In this document: piece after piece, positions 1 through 10,108 of the stretch | Numbering within the stretch: position 1 is the first letter of the stretch | Layout of the letters: every line of letters starts with the position of its first letter | Assembly (NCBI GenBank): GCA_964634715.1 | Contig: CAZWLV010000001.1 | Span: forward strand, 1 to 63,506 | Length of the DNA stretch: 63,506 nucleotides | Direction: 5' to 3' | DNA from: an uncultured Lachnoclostridium sp. | GTDB taxonomy: Bacteria > Bacillota > Clostridia > Lachnospirales > Lachnospiraceae | The notes under the pieces: model-generated | What the model was told of the DNA's origin: nothing | The model's input: only the letters and a program-made list of their open reading frames with translations | Database searches by the model: none | Position numbers and translations under genes: made by a program

Positions 1-796
1 TCGCTGTTCCTACGGACACTGCACTGGCTCCTGCAAGGATCATCTCGATGGCATCTTCTGCACTGGCGATCCCGCCCATACCGATGATCGGAAGTTTGAT
101 GGCATTTGCTACCTGATATACCATGCGTACCGCGATCGGATGGATTGCAGGACCTGAAACACCGCCTGTTTTATTCGCGATCACAAACTGTCTGCGGTTG
201 ATATCGATCTTCATTCCCGTCAGGGTATTGATCAGGGAAACTGCATCTGCCCCGCCGGCTTCTACCGCTTTTGCCATTTCTGTAATGTCTGTTACATTTG
301 GGCTTAATTTCATGATCACCGGCTGTTTTGCATATTTTTTTACTGCCCTTGTGATCTCTTCTGCCGCTTTTGGATTCTGACCGAAAGCGATACCGCCCTC
401 TTTGACATTTGGACAGGAAATGTTGATCTCCAGCATATCCACATCTTCATCAGCCAGTCTTTCCACAACTTCACAATAATCTTCCGTTGATCTTCCACAA
501 ACGTTCACGATGATCTTTGTATCATACTGTTTCAAAAAAGGAATATCTCTTTCGCAGAACAGATCGATCCCCGGATTCTGCAGTCCTACGGCATTCATCA
601 TACCGCCATAAGTTTCTGCAACTCTCGGAGTCGGATTGCCTGCCCAAGGGATATTGGCAACGCCTTTGGTCGTAACCGCACCTAATCTGTTTAAATCTAC
701 GAATTCTGAAAATTCTGCACCGGAACCAAATGTTCCGGAAGCAACTGTTACAGGATTTTTCCATTCTACTCCTGCAATATTGACACTCATGTTCAT
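1..796 (-). CDS. pyrD: dihydroorotate dehydrogenase catalytic subunit (class 1B), C-terminus cut by window edge
   Basis: Not in the ORF track because it runs off the edge. My translation from the ATG at 794-796 gives MNMSVNIAGVEWKNPVTVASGTFG...INISCPNVKEGG...KTGGVSGPAIHPIAVRMV. The ATG overlaps the pyrK stop. Confidence 0.9.
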   Translation of the reverse strand, partial: MNMSVNIAGVEWKNPVTVASGTFGSGAEFSEFVDLNRLGAVTTKGVANIPWAGNPTPRVAETYGGMMNAVGLQNPGIDLFCERDIPFLKQYDTKIIVNVCGRSTEDYCEVVERLADEDVDMLEINISCPNVKEGGIAFGQNPKAAEEITRAVKKYAKQPVIMKLSPNVTDITEMAKAVEAGGADAVSLINTLTGMKIDINRRQFVIANKTGGVSGPAIHPIAVRMVYQVANAIKLPIIGMGGIASAEDAIEMILAGASAVSVGTA

Positions 797-1581
797 TAGA
801 TTTCCACCTCCGTAGATAAGAATACCGGACCATCTTTGCAGATGCGTTTATTATTGACATTGGTATGATGATCTTTTTCTTTTGATTTGCATACACATGC
901 AAGACATGCACCGATTCCGCATGCCATACGTTCTTCCAGAGAAATGTAACATTCAATGCCGTTTTCTTCTGCATACGCTTTGATGGCACGAAGCATTGGA
1001 GTTGGTCCGCAGGCATAAATGATCTCTGCATCAAGACCATTTTCCCGGATCGCATCCATGACATTTCCTTTCGTTCCTACACTGCCATCTTCGGTAGAAA
1101 TATAAAGCGTTCCGTTTTCTTCAAACTGACTGCTTAAAAAGGTATGTTCATCACGATATCCTGCCAAGATCTGTTTTTCGGCATTTAACTGCTTTGCAAG
1201 CTCTAAGATTGGAGGTACACCGATACCACCGCCCATCAAAAAGGCTTTTTTTCCTTCCCCTTTTTCTAATGGGAAACCATTTCCCAAAGGCCCGATCACA
1301 GGGATCGTATCTCCTGCCTTTGCTTCTGAAAACTGTTTCGTACCGGTCTTTTCTCCGGTCACACGGTAAACGATCCTAAGTGCACTGTTTTCCCGATCGA
1401 TCTCACAAATACTGATCGGTCTTGGAAGCAGTTTTGATCCATCATTGGTATACATGGAAATAAACTGTCCCGGTTTTGCTGTTTTTGCAGCTTCTGTACG
1501 AAGCCACATACTGAAAATTCCTTCCGCAAGCATTTCCTGAGAAATTACCACTGCGTTTTCTTTTTTTCTGTTCTCTGCCAT
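796..1581 (-). CDS. pyrK: dihydroorotate dehydrogenase electron-transfer subunit (FAD/2Fe-2S)
   Basis: 261 aa. Has the ferredoxin-reductase-like RPISI motif and GGGIGVPP, plus a C-terminal Cys cluster CGIGACLACVC. Lies next to pyrD. Confidence 0.9.
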   Translation of the reverse strand: MAENRKKENAVVISQEMLAEGIFSMWLRTEAAKTAKPGQFISMYTNDGSKLLPRPISICEIDRENSALRIVYRVTGEKTGTKQFSEAKAGDTIPVIGPLGNGFPLEKGEGKKAFLMGGGIGVPPILELAKQLNAEKQILAGYRDEHTFLSSQFEENGTLYISTEDGSVGTKGNVMDAIRENGLDAEIIYACGPTPMLRAIKAYAEENGIECYISLEERMACGIGACLACVCKSKEKDHHTNVNNKRICKDGPVFLSTEVEI

Positions 1582-1600
1582 CTTTTCTCCTTTATACAGC

Positions 1601-2530
1601 TTATTTCGCGTTCTGTAATGCTCCGTCGATATCTGCGATCATCGCTTCTACTGCTGCTCTGGAAGCATCTCCGAAGTTTTCTGCTCCGAATTTTGCGTAA
1701 GCTTCCTGTTTGTAAGCTGCAATGATACCACGGGAAGAATTCACGATGGCACCCAGACCATTTTCATCAAAGAAATGAACCAGATCTTTTCCTTTTCCGC
1801 CCTGAGCACCATAACCCGGTACAAGGATAAAGGATTTCGGCATTACCTTACGAAGCACTTTTCCCATTTCCGGATAAGTTGCTCCTACTACAGCTCCGAT
1901 ATAGCTGTACTGATCTCCCATATGTTCTTCGCCCCATGCAGCTACTTTTTCTCCTACCAGCTCATATAATGGTTTTCCATTGATCAGCTGATCCTGAAAT
2001 TCTCCGGAAGACGGGTTTGATGTTTTTACAAGGATAAACAAACCTTTCTTTTCTTCCTTACATACATCGATGAACGGTTTGATGCCGTCTGAACCAAGAT
2101 ATGGATTGACTGTCGCAAAATCTTCATGAAAGCCACTGTAACTTTTGCTTCCTACCTGTACTTTTCCAAGATGGCCGACTGCATAAGCTGCTGATGTAGA
2201 ACCGATGTCACCACGTTTGATATCCCCGATAACTACCAGGTCTTTTTCCTGTGCATAGCTGACCGTTTTTTCATAAGCGATCATTCCCGGAATTCCAAAC
2301 TGCTCATACATGGCGATCTGCGGTTTTACTGCCGGAATCAGATCATAAGTTTTGTCGATGATTTCCTTGTTGAACTGCCAGATTGCTTCTGCAGCACCTT
2401 CCAGTGTTTCACCGTACTGTGCATAAGCTGCTTTCTGTACATGTTCCGGCACGTAATTGAGCATCGGATCCAGTCCTACCACGATCGGTGCGTGTGTCTT
2501 TGTGATTTTTTCTACCAGTTTGTTGATCAT
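1601..2530 (-). CDS. pyrF: orotidine 5'-phosphate decarboxylase (long, type 2)
   Basis: 309 aa. Motifs VVGLDP, KPQIAMYE, DIKRGDIGST and PGYGAQGG. Sits in pyr gene context. Confidence 0.9.
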   Translation of the reverse strand: MINKLVEKITKTHAPIVVGLDPMLNYVPEHVQKAAYAQYGETLEGAAEAIWQFNKEIIDKTYDLIPAVKPQIAMYEQFGIPGMIAYEKTVSYAQEKDLVVIGDIKRGDIGSTSAAYAVGHLGKVQVGSKSYSGFHEDFATVNPYLGSDGIKPFIDVCKEEKKGLFILVKTSNPSSGEFQDQLINGKPLYELVGEKVAAWGEEHMGDQYSYIGAVVGATYPEMGKVLRKVMPKSFILVPGYGAQGGKGKDLVHFFDENGLGAIVNSSRGIIAAYKQEAYAKFGAENFGDASRAAVEAMIADIDGALQNAK

Positions 2531-2549
2531 AATCTTGTTCTCCTTTATG

Positions 2550-3392
2550 TTATCTTGATTTTAGAAACTCATATTCCTTCTGCATCAGTGCATCATCCGG
2601 ATAATTTTCCAGATATTCTTCTGTTTTTGCTCTGGCACCTGCAAAATCACCCTGTTTTTCATAACAGGCGATTTCTTCCTGTAAAAGATTCTTCAAAACC
2701 CCGGAATCTCCCAGTGCGATTCCTTTCTGAACTGCCGAAAGAGCCTTTTCGTAATCCCCGGCTGAAAAATACATTCCGGCTGTGCTTAAGCAGCCTTCTG
2801 CATCGACATTTTCACCTGAAATGTATTCTTCTAAAAATTCCATGGCTGTTTCGTGATCGCCTGTTTTTTCATAAACATTGGCAAGATAGAACAATCCTTT
2901 GGAATCCCCTTCTTTTTCGGCTTCTTCGAAACATTTCTTTGCCTTTTCCGGCTGTTCAACTACATTATAAATGATCCCGCGGATCAGCGGATCTTTTGTT
3001 TTATCCAGTGCTTTGTTCAGATCGTCCTCTGCTTTTTTTGCCTCACCGGCAGCCATATAGAGCAGTCCTCTTCCAAGGTAAGTTTCATCTGACTTTTCAA
3101 ATGCCAGAATCGCTGAATACGTATCGATGGCACCGGTCAGGTCACCGCTCCGGTACTGTGCCGATGCTTTATAGTAAGCCAGATCGATCTCTGCCTCTCC
3201 CACTTTCATATCAGCAAGTGACAACGCCTTTTCGTATTTTTCGATAGCACCGCTGTAATCTCCTGACAACTGCAGTTCCATCCCCTGCTGTTTCAAAGTC
3301 TGCTGGCGTTCGATGTGATCGTTATTGCTGCCGCAGCCTGCAATCGAGAGACTGAGTGCCAGAAATACGGCCATGATCTTACTCTTTTTCAT
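2550..3392 (-). CDS. TPR-repeat lipoprotein
   Basis: Signal peptide with lipobox LSIAGC. Repeated A/Y/G-rich 34-aa TPR-like units (YEKALSL, YYKASAQY, YLGRGLLY, FYLANVYE). Its start overlaps the upstream GT2 gene by 14 nt. Confidence 0.7.
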   Translation of the reverse strand: MKKSKIMAVFLALSLSIAGCGSNNDHIERQQTLKQQGMELQLSGDYSGAIEKYEKALSLADMKVGEAEIDLAYYKASAQYRSGDLTGAIDTYSAILAFEKSDETYLGRGLLYMAAGEAKKAEDDLNKALDKTKDPLIRGIIYNVVEQPEKAKKCFEEAEKEGDSKGLFYLANVYEKTGDHETAMEFLEEYISGENVDAEGCLSTAGMYFSAGDYEKALSAVQKGIALGDSGVLKNLLQEEIACYEKQGDFAGARAKTEEYLENYPDDALMQKEYEFLKSR

Positions 3393-4386
3393 TTACATTC
3401 CTCCAATAAGACTGATTCATGGTACATTTTAATATGAATGACCTCGAAAGTCTACGATAATTCTGTCCAAATTTATATCCTAAGATCTTTCCGGCACTGG
3501 TTGTCACTAACGGGAATAACAGCCAAGGCTTTCCAATCCTGCAAAGATACTTCGCCGTACTAAGTACCAGTTTTACCCCTTCCTTTTCTGAACGGATCCC
3601 GGCAAAGATCTCCGGATGATCCACCTGTGAAACTGCCAGATCAAAGTTCCTGTGAAACTGCTCTCTGGCATTATAATTATGAGAATGAATGACTTTGGCT
3701 TCTGCCGCATATGCGATCTTATATCCTGCTTTGATCAGTCCGCCGGCATAGATCATATCTTCGTTAAAGATGGTCCGTCTTGTAAATCCGCCCTGTCTGT
3801 CATACGTTTCTTTTTCATACATGGCACATACATTGGAACAGAAAAACGTTTTGATCCCCAAAGTATCCAGATCTTCTTTTGATTTGATCCTTGAAACTTC
3901 CGGATAGTTAAAACTTCTCGTATATTTTTCAATTTCCCTGCATGTTTCATTCGGCATCTGTCTTCCATAAACAGCTTTGATCTTTTCATCTTTTGAAAAA
4001 GCCTGCAGCAGATGCTCTGTCAGTCTGTCATCCTCCGGCATGGCATCCTGTGTCAGAAAAAGCAGATAATCTGCATCTGAAAACTCTGTCGCCTGATGTC
4101 TGGTTCCGCCGTGATCAAATTCTTCTTTTTTTAAAAGATGTACTTCACAAAGCGGATATTCCTTTTCTATTTTTTCTTTCCACGGTGCATCACCGGTATT
4201 CATCAAAATGATCTTGTTTAAAGGATAGCTCTGATTGCTCAGCCTTGCCAAAAGTTCCGGAAATTCTTTTCCCGGATGATATACCGGTATGACTGCATCA
4301 ACCCTGATTTGTCTGTTTTTTTCCATTTTCATGACTGCACAATGAGCGAGGATGAAATTTTCCTCGCTCATTGATCTTTCTTTCAT
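3379..4386 (-). CDS. family 2 glycosyltransferase (rhamnosyltransferase-like)
   Basis: 335 aa. AVIPVYHPG near the N-terminus, a TQDAMP (DxD-like) motif and FFCSNVCAMY. This is the general pattern of rhamnan-type GT2 enzymes. Confidence 0.7.
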   Translation of the reverse strand: MKERSMSEENFILAHCAVMKMEKNRQIRVDAVIPVYHPGKEFPELLARLSNQSYPLNKIILMNTGDAPWKEKIEKEYPLCEVHLLKKEEFDHGGTRHQATEFSDADYLLFLTQDAMPEDDRLTEHLLQAFSKDEKIKAVYGRQMPNETCREIEKYTRSFNYPEVSRIKSKEDLDTLGIKTFFCSNVCAMYEKETYDRQGGFTRRTIFNEDMIYAGGLIKAGYKIAYAAEAKVIHSHNYNAREQFHRNFDLAVSQVDHPEIFAGIRSEKEGVKLVLSTAKYLCRIGKPWLLFPLVTTSAGKILGYKFGQNYRRLSRSFILKCTMNQSYWRNVNEKE

Positions 4387-4389
4387 TTT

Positions 4390-5472
4390 TTAATAGATAC
4401 CTGTTGTGTTTTTGATCTTGTCACTGATCTCTGCCACTTTTTCTGTCGGTTCGTAATCAGCACTTCCAAACAGGAACGCATGGAGCTGTTTTACGTTTTC
4501 TTCCAGATTTACCGGAACAACGCAAGATGCATTGCCGATCGTTGCACTTTCCTTATCAAATGGGAAGCCTGAATTTTCTTTGATATTATAAGATAATCCG
4601 TCTGCTGCGATCGCAAGAAGCTGATCAACTGTCATGTTCGTTGCACACATTGGGAATACCGTCTTAACGATACTATCCAGTTCTGTTACACTTAAAGTCT
4701 TTGCTTTTGCTACGATCGTTTCCAGAACTTCTCTCTGTCTTTCTGTACGTTTAAAATCATCACCCTTTGTATAACGGATACGGCAGTAAGAAGTTGCCTG
4801 TACACCGTCTAAAAGCTGAAGACCTGTTGTTTTTAATTTTGTTGTTGTTTTTCCTGTTACTTTTGATGTTTCTACCGTATAGTTATTTAAATGTTCGATC
4901 TCATATTCATCAACATCGATCTCGATACCGCCCATTAAATCTACAACTTCTGAAACAGCCAGAAAGTCTACGGACATATAGTAGCTGATATTCAGGTCAA
5001 GATTCATGTTCAGCATGGCAATGGCCTGTTCCGGACCGCCTACGGAATATGCTTCATTACATTTTTTATATTTATCATTTGCAAGATTTAAATACGTATC
5101 ACGGTAAACAGATACCAGTTTTACATCTTTTGTTTCATTGTTAATGCTTGCGATCATGATCGTATCACTTCTGTTTCCTTTTCCAAGAGAACCGGCCTGT
5201 CTTGTATCCAGACCAAACAGTGCGATATTGGTATATTTTTCCATCGTTTCCAATGTTTCATCCGTCAGTTCATTTACGGATTCGTCTACGATCTTATCTT
5301 CAAAAGCAACTTTACTTAAAAGTTCTGTACGGCTCAGTACATATAATACGACCAGTAATACAACTAAGATCACTGCTTCTACGGCAAAAGTGATCATTTT
5401 GGCACGTTTACGTTTTTTGCTTTTCTTCTTTGATCCGTTTTTTGGTCTTTTGGTATCTAAATCTCTGCTCAT
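4390..5472 (-). CDS. LytR-CpsA-Psr (LCP) family glycopolymer-peptidoglycan ligase
   Basis: Basic cytoplasmic tail, one TM helix, then the LCP core RSDTIMIASINNETKDVKLVSVYRDTY. The ORF extends to 5502. I chose the ATG at 5472 because it has the RBS GAAAGGA 7 nt upstream. Confidence 0.85.
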   Translation of the reverse strand: MSRDLDTKRPKNGSKKKSKKRKRAKMITFAVEAVILVVLLVVLYVLSRTELLSKVAFEDKIVDESVNELTDETLETMEKYTNIALFGLDTRQAGSLGKGNRSDTIMIASINNETKDVKLVSVYRDTYLNLANDKYKKCNEAYSVGGPEQAIAMLNMNLDLNISYYMSVDFLAVSEVVDLMGGIEIDVDEYEIEHLNNYTVETSKVTGKTTTKLKTTGLQLLDGVQATSYCRIRYTKGDDFKRTERQREVLETIVAKAKTLSVTELDSIVKTVFPMCATNMTVDQLLAIAADGLSYNIKENSGFPFDKESATIGNASCVVPVNLEENVKQLHAFLFGSADYEPTEKVAEISDKIKNTTGIY

Positions 5473-5491
5473 GTTTGATTCCTTTCTCATG

Positions 5492-6904
5492 CTAATATGC
5501 ATTTTTGTTAATAAAACCTTTAAAGAAGGTTAAAAATATAATTTTAAAATCCAGTCCAAGTGTCCAGTTCTCTATATAGTACAGATCATGTTCAATACGC
5601 TTCCTGATGGACGTATCGCCCCGGTATCCGTTGATCTGTGCCCATCCGGTCAGTCCCGGACGAACCTGATGCTTGACCATATATCTTGGGATCTCTTCCC
5701 TGAATTTTTCTACGAAAAACGGCCGTTCCGGTCTTGGACCTACCAGACTCATATCCCCTTTTAAAATATTGAAAAGCTGAGGCAGCTCATCAATACTGGT
5801 CTTTCGGATGATCTTACCCACCGTTGTCACACGGGGATCATTTTTTACCGTCCAGCCTTTTTTTTCTTTGTTCGGATCCTGCACTTCCATCGAACGGAAC
5901 TTGTACATCTGGAATGTCTGATTATGAAGTCCTACACGCTCCTGTTTATAGATCAGCGGTCCTTTGGAAGTTGCTTTCACCGCAATGGCTGTGACCAGCA
6001 TGACCGGTGAAAACAGGACAATGGCAAACAAAGAACCTCCAATGTCCACCATTCGCTTGATCAGTGCATTAAATGTATTGGAAAGCGGTACATGACGGAT
6101 ATTAATGACCGGAAGCCCCATCAGATCTTCTGTATAAGGTCTGGTCGGGATGATATTATTATAATCCGGTATAAACTTCGTATGAACCCCTGATTTTTCA
6201 CACTCTGCTACGATGTGTTCCAGCTTGGAATACTCATTTAACCCCAGCGTAATGGCGATCTCATCTAATTCGTTTGCCGGAAGGATATACTGGAGATCAT
6301 CACAGCTTCCGATGATCTGAACACTGCGGTATTCCTGACCTTTCGGAAGATTATCATCCAGAATCCCGCATACTTCATATCCCCACTGCGGATTTCCTTT
6401 GATCCTGTCAATATATTCCTCTGCTGCCCTGCTGTATCCTACCAAAAGGATGTGCTTTAGATTAAACCCGTTTTTCCGCATTTCCCATAAGATATAGCGG
6501 ATCGCATTTCTTACACTGATCCCTGCCAGCGTATTGAGTATGCTGAAGATCACTAGAACACCACGGGAAAAATCTTTAGAAAAGATCGGCAGCTCTTTAT
6601 GAAAGATCTGAAGACAGACGATCACGGAAAGCAGTACCACGGCATTCGCCTGTGCCACATGTCCGGCTTCCAGTCTCCTGCCCTTTACACGCTTCGATGT
6701 ATACAGCTGAAACGCAAAGTATACAAACAACGTATACGGCACCAACGGGATGAGCATATAACAGTAATCCCGAAAAGGCAGTCCCTGATGCCCATGCAGA
6801 ACCGGAAATCGGATCACCCATGCCAGAAGATAGGACAGGATCACTGTGACCGCATCAATGACTACATGCAGCCGGTTGAAGTGCTTCTGATTATCTTTGA
6901 TCAT
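5492..6904 (-). CDS. polyprenyl-phosphate hexose-1-phosphate transferase (WcaJ/EpsL-type priming enzyme)
   Basis: N-terminal TM block, a central Rossmann-like region, and the C-terminal catalytic core DELPQLFNILKGDMSLVGPRPERP...RPGLTGWAQING. The ORF begins with GTG at 6913. The ATG at 6904 has an AGGTG RBS. Confidence 0.85.
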   Translation of the reverse strand: MIKDNQKHFNRLHVVIDAVTVILSYLLAWVIRFPVLHGHQGLPFRDYCYMLIPLVPYTLFVYFAFQLYTSKRVKGRRLEAGHVAQANAVVLLSVIVCLQIFHKELPIFSKDFSRGVLVIFSILNTLAGISVRNAIRYILWEMRKNGFNLKHILLVGYSRAAEEYIDRIKGNPQWGYEVCGILDDNLPKGQEYRSVQIIGSCDDLQYILPANELDEIAITLGLNEYSKLEHIVAECEKSGVHTKFIPDYNNIIPTRPYTEDLMGLPVINIRHVPLSNTFNALIKRMVDIGGSLFAIVLFSPVMLVTAIAVKATSKGPLIYKQERVGLHNQTFQMYKFRSMEVQDPNKEKKGWTVKNDPRVTTVGKIIRKTSIDELPQLFNILKGDMSLVGPRPERPFFVEKFREEIPRYMVKHQVRPGLTGWAQINGYRGDTSIRKRIEHDLYYIENWTLGLDFKIIFLTFFKGFINKNAY

Positions 6905-6916
6905 AAAATTCACCTG

Positions 6917-7870
6917 TTAATTTTTCAATCTTCGTACCATATTCAGCCACAATTCCAACTGAATATTTACATAATGAGACAGATTTTTCCATTGAAATCT
7001 GACCTTTTTTTCTTTTCTGCAAAGGGAAATGCCGGCTCTAAGACCTGATGCATATTCTTTCCCCAGCCCTTTTTTTACGAAAAACAGCCATTTGATCATA
7101 AATCCCAGAAAAAGGAATGGACTGTTTAATATTATTTGCAAAAACGGCATATTTTTATAAGCCATATAAACACTGTTTTTGGAAGACAGCTTTACTTTAA
7201 AAGCATTGTGTGCCGAACCGGAAAAACCGCTTCCCACATGATATACCACTGCCTTCGGTGCATAGACATTTCTGTATCCGAAGATCCTTGCACGATAACC
7301 GATGTCAATGTCCTCCAGATAAGCAAAATGCTCTTCGTCAAAATATCCCAGCTCTTCCAACATTTTTTTCCGGTAGATTGCTGCTCCGGCACAGGCTGCA
7401 AAAATCTCTGCCGGCGTTTCGTATTGTTCCACCGGTGCATTTTTTCCTCTTCCGAACGCCCAGCCTAATGCACAGTAATAATCTCCTGCATCATCCATGC
7501 GTGTTCGGTCATGAAACTGTACCATCTTCGATGAACAGGAAAAAATCTTTTCATCACTTTTCACTGCACGCAAAAGCTCAGAAGCAAATTTTTGATCAAC
7601 TTCTGTATCATTGTTCAGTAAGATCACATATTCACTGTCTGCTGCTTTGATCCCTTCATTGACGGCACGGCAGAATCCATAGTTCTGATCCAGCACGATC
7701 GTCTTTACCTGAGGAAATGTCCGGAGATATTCCAGACTTCCATCAGAAGAACCGTTATCTACTACGATCACTTCCTGATCTTTTATATCCTGTGCAAAAA
7801 CTGCCTTTAAACAGTTTTCCAAAAAATGTTTTCCATTATAGTTGGGAATTACAATCGATACTTCTCTCAT
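6917..7870 (-). CDS. family 2 glycosyltransferase
   Basis: VSIVIPNYNGKHFL, VVDNGSSDGS, and NNDTEV as the DxD motif. The track ORF reaches 7996, but the ATG at 7870 forms an ATGA overlap with the upstream stop. Confidence 0.8.
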   Translation of the reverse strand: MREVSIVIPNYNGKHFLENCLKAVFAQDIKDQEVIVVDNGSSDGSLEYLRTFPQVKTIVLDQNYGFCRAVNEGIKAADSEYVILLNNDTEVDQKFASELLRAVKSDEKIFSCSSKMVQFHDRTRMDDAGDYYCALGWAFGRGKNAPVEQYETPAEIFAACAGAAIYRKKMLEELGYFDEEHFAYLEDIDIGYRARIFGYRNVYAPKAVVYHVGSGFSGSAHNAFKVKLSSKNSVYMAYKNMPFLQIILNSPFLFLGFMIKWLFFVKKGLGKEYASGLRAGISLCRKEKKVRFQWKNLSHYVNIQLELWLNMVRRLKN

Positions 7871-9420
7871 ATGGAATGTCCCTTTTTCATTTTTGCTGTA
7901 GCAGCCGGTACATATGCGATCCGATAACCGCTTTTCTTTACAAAACTGCAAAGATCCTGCATCATTTCTTCGGAATCTGCCTTCTCCGGCTTCCATTTTT
8001 CAAACAATTCTCTTCTCACTGCAAAGAGCCTGAAAGAAACACCTTCTGTATTCTGCTGCAGAACAGCTTTATGAAAGTAACCGGTAAATCCTTTTGCCAG
8101 TCCGCGATCTGCGTATACCGGCTTTTTACCGCTTCCCTGCTCCATCCTTCCATAGAGCAGTTCTCCCCGATCAGAAAGGATCCTTCCGCCTGCCATACCG
8201 ATCCCATTTCGCAGACAGTTGACTGCCAGCTGGGACAATGCTTCTGCTGATATGCCATGAAGTCCTGCTTCTGCAAATAAGAGTACAGGACTGTCGATTT
8301 TCTGATCTTTGGAAAATATTACAAATTTATTAAATTCATTATCATAATATATAACATTTCCCGTATTTTGTCTATGAAATTCCCCTGAAAAATTGTTTAA
8401 TATTTTCTTATGATTTTGTCCATTAGTGGAAAAAAGAATCAAACTAGCTGAAAAATCAGCAGGAATTTGATAATTTGTCTGATAAAATCCATAAAAACGA
8501 GTCTCTGATACCGTTCCGGATTCCCCACAGCGTTCCAGATGTGCTTCCACTGCCCGCCGTCCGGCCTCATAGGCATACAGCTTGCTCATCGGATTTGCCG
8601 CCGTCGAAGCCTGATGACATCTCCAGTGATACAGTACCTTTGGAATGTGCACCACACATTTTGCCTTTTCTGTCAGCCGCAGCACAAGATCATAATCCTG
8701 CGCTCCGTCATATTCCGGACGAAAGTATCCGACAGAATCCAAAAGGGATCTTTTCACCACTGTAAAATGACAGATATAATTGTTGCTCCTTAAAAGATCC
8801 GGATTAAAATCCGGCTTATAATGCGGTTCAAAATAATGTTCCAGATCAAACGAAACTTTATCTTCGTCTGTATAGAGGACTTCTGCCTGCGGATACTGCT
8901 CCAGTGCCATACGCATTTCATAGAGTGCATGAGGTTCCAGAAGATCATCATGATCCAGCAGTCCGATATACTCACCGGCAGCCATCATAAGTCCTTCATT
9001 GGTGTTTTCTGAAATCCCTTTATTTTCTGCCAGACGTTTATATCTGATCCTCTGATCCGAAGCCATATATGCTCTGACGATCCGTTCTACACTGTCATCA
9101 CGGCTTCCATCTGCAATACAAAGCTCCACACGACAAAAAGTCTGTCCGAGGACAGACTCGATCATTTGCCTTAAAAAGAGTTCCGGCGTATGATACGTCG
9201 GAACTACAATACTAAAGGTCACATCATTTCCGGAAAAAATCTTTTTCTTCTGAGCCTCCAGCTCTTCTTTGGAAGGAAGTGCCGCCAGACGTTCTTTTTC
9301 ATAATCTTTCAACGCCAGATTTTTGGCTCTTTTTTCTTTTACTTTATAATAAGTATTCGTAAATCCGTTTCTTCTGATCTCACTGTTCAGACGCAAGATC
9401 ATGTTTGTTATTTTGGACAT
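7867..9420 (-). CDS. family 2 glycosyltransferase with an extra C-terminal GT2-like half domain
   Basis: 517 aa. FSIVVPTYHTPELF, CIADGSRDDS and LDHDDLL. The C-terminal 200 aa again resemble the acceptor half of a GT2 (RRELFEKW...GYRIAYVPAA). Confidence 0.75.
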   Translation of the reverse strand: MSKITNMILRLNSEIRRNGFTNTYYKVKEKRAKNLALKDYEKERLAALPSKEELEAQKKKIFSGNDVTFSIVVPTYHTPELFLRQMIESVLGQTFCRVELCIADGSRDDSVERIVRAYMASDQRIRYKRLAENKGISENTNEGLMMAAGEYIGLLDHDDLLEPHALYEMRMALEQYPQAEVLYTDEDKVSFDLEHYFEPHYKPDFNPDLLRSNNYICHFTVVKRSLLDSVGYFRPEYDGAQDYDLVLRLTEKAKCVVHIPKVLYHWRCHQASTAANPMSKLYAYEAGRRAVEAHLERCGESGTVSETRFYGFYQTNYQIPADFSASLILFSTNGQNHKKILNNFSGEFHRQNTGNVIYYDNEFNKFVIFSKDQKIDSPVLLFAEAGLHGISAEALSQLAVNCLRNGIGMAGGRILSDRGELLYGRMEQGSGKKPVYADRGLAKGFTGYFHKAVLQQNTEGVSFRLFAVRRELFEKWKPEKADSEEMMQDLCSFVKKSGYRIAYVPAATAKMKKGHSI

Positions 9421-9430
9421 GGATCTTCTC

Positions 9431-10108
9431 CTAGAAAGTCACTTCTCCGTCATGTGCGATCAGAGATACACTTTTTACATTTTCAATCGCTGCCACTGTC
9501 TGCACCAGTTTCGCTTCTTCTTTCACTCTTACTTCGATGATCATATCCAGATGACCTTCGGTGTAATTTCTGGATTTCACTTTACATACTTTTCCTTCTG
9601 CTTTTACTGCATCCAGTACCGCATTTTCAGCATCTAATGCAGATGCATTTACCACAAGCATCATCGGTGCTTTGGATGTCGGAACCAGATCCAGACAGAT
9701 GATCCCTACCGTTACCAGTAAAGACATCAGCAATGCGATCTCGTAAAGACCTGCACCACAGATGATCCCCACACTGATCGCCCAGAATAAGAAGACCAGA
9801 TCCATCGGATCTTTGATCGCTGTACGGAAACGGATGATCGATAACGCACCTACCATACCAAGTGAGATCACCAGATTGGACTGCATTGCCAAAATGATCG
9901 ATGCTGTGATCACGGAAAGTGCCACCAGTGAAATATTAAATGTCTTAGAATAAAATGTTTTTCTTGTGATCACTCTGTAGATCACAAAAATATAAACTGC
10001 GATCAGTACCGTTACGGCAAGTGTTGCTGCGATACGTCCGGTGCTGATATCACCGCCTGTAAAACCTTCTAAAAAGGATTTTTTGAAAATATCTGAAAAT
10101 TTTGTCAT
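9431..10108 (-). CDS. DUF4956-family integral membrane protein
   Basis: 225 aa. Four hydrophobic helices, a conserved-looking GALSIIRFRTAIKDP segment, and a soluble C-terminal domain of about 85 aa. Lies next to a VTC-domain gene, which is the usual partner of this family. Confidence 0.7.
   Translation of the reverse strand: MTKFSDIFKKSFLEGFTGGDISTGRIAATLAVTVLIAVYIFVIYRVITRKTFYSKTFNISLVALSVITASIILAMQSNLVISLGMVGALSIIRFRTAIKDPMDLVFLFWAISVGIICGAGLYEIALLMSLLVTVGIICLDLVPTSKAPMMLVVNASALDAENAVLDAVKAEGKVCKVKSRNYTEGHLDMIIEVRVKEEAKLVQTVAAIENVKSVSLIAHDGEVTF

Noticed and set aside
522-1064. 180-aa minus-strand ORF spanning the pyrD/pyrK junction
   Set aside because: It is out of frame with two strongly supported genes that cover the same bases. 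The sequence is Cys/Arg-rich with no recognisable domain, so it is an overlapping-frame artefact.
2441-2974. 177-aa plus-strand ORF
   Set aside because: It is antisense to pyrF and the TPR lipoprotein gene. It is low-complexity and has no RBS.
6917-7996. N-terminal extensions of track ORFs (also 10201-10920, 12619-14109, 16753-18159, 23117-25168, 25205-27937, 34735-35913, 38506-40191, 41750-42964, 47468-49249, 51455-52240)
   Set aside because: The extensions overlap the upstream gene or lack an RBS. Internal ATG codons with good Shine-Dalgarno spacing, a signal peptide or an ATGA overlap give more plausible starts. The shortened coordinates are reported instead.
7717-8250. 177-aa plus-strand ORF (similar cases at 6599-7048, 26312-26845, 28307-28762, 35709-36146, 56346-56891)
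   Set aside because: All of these are antisense shadows of long, motif-bearing minus-strand genes. None has a credible start context or a recognisable fold signature.
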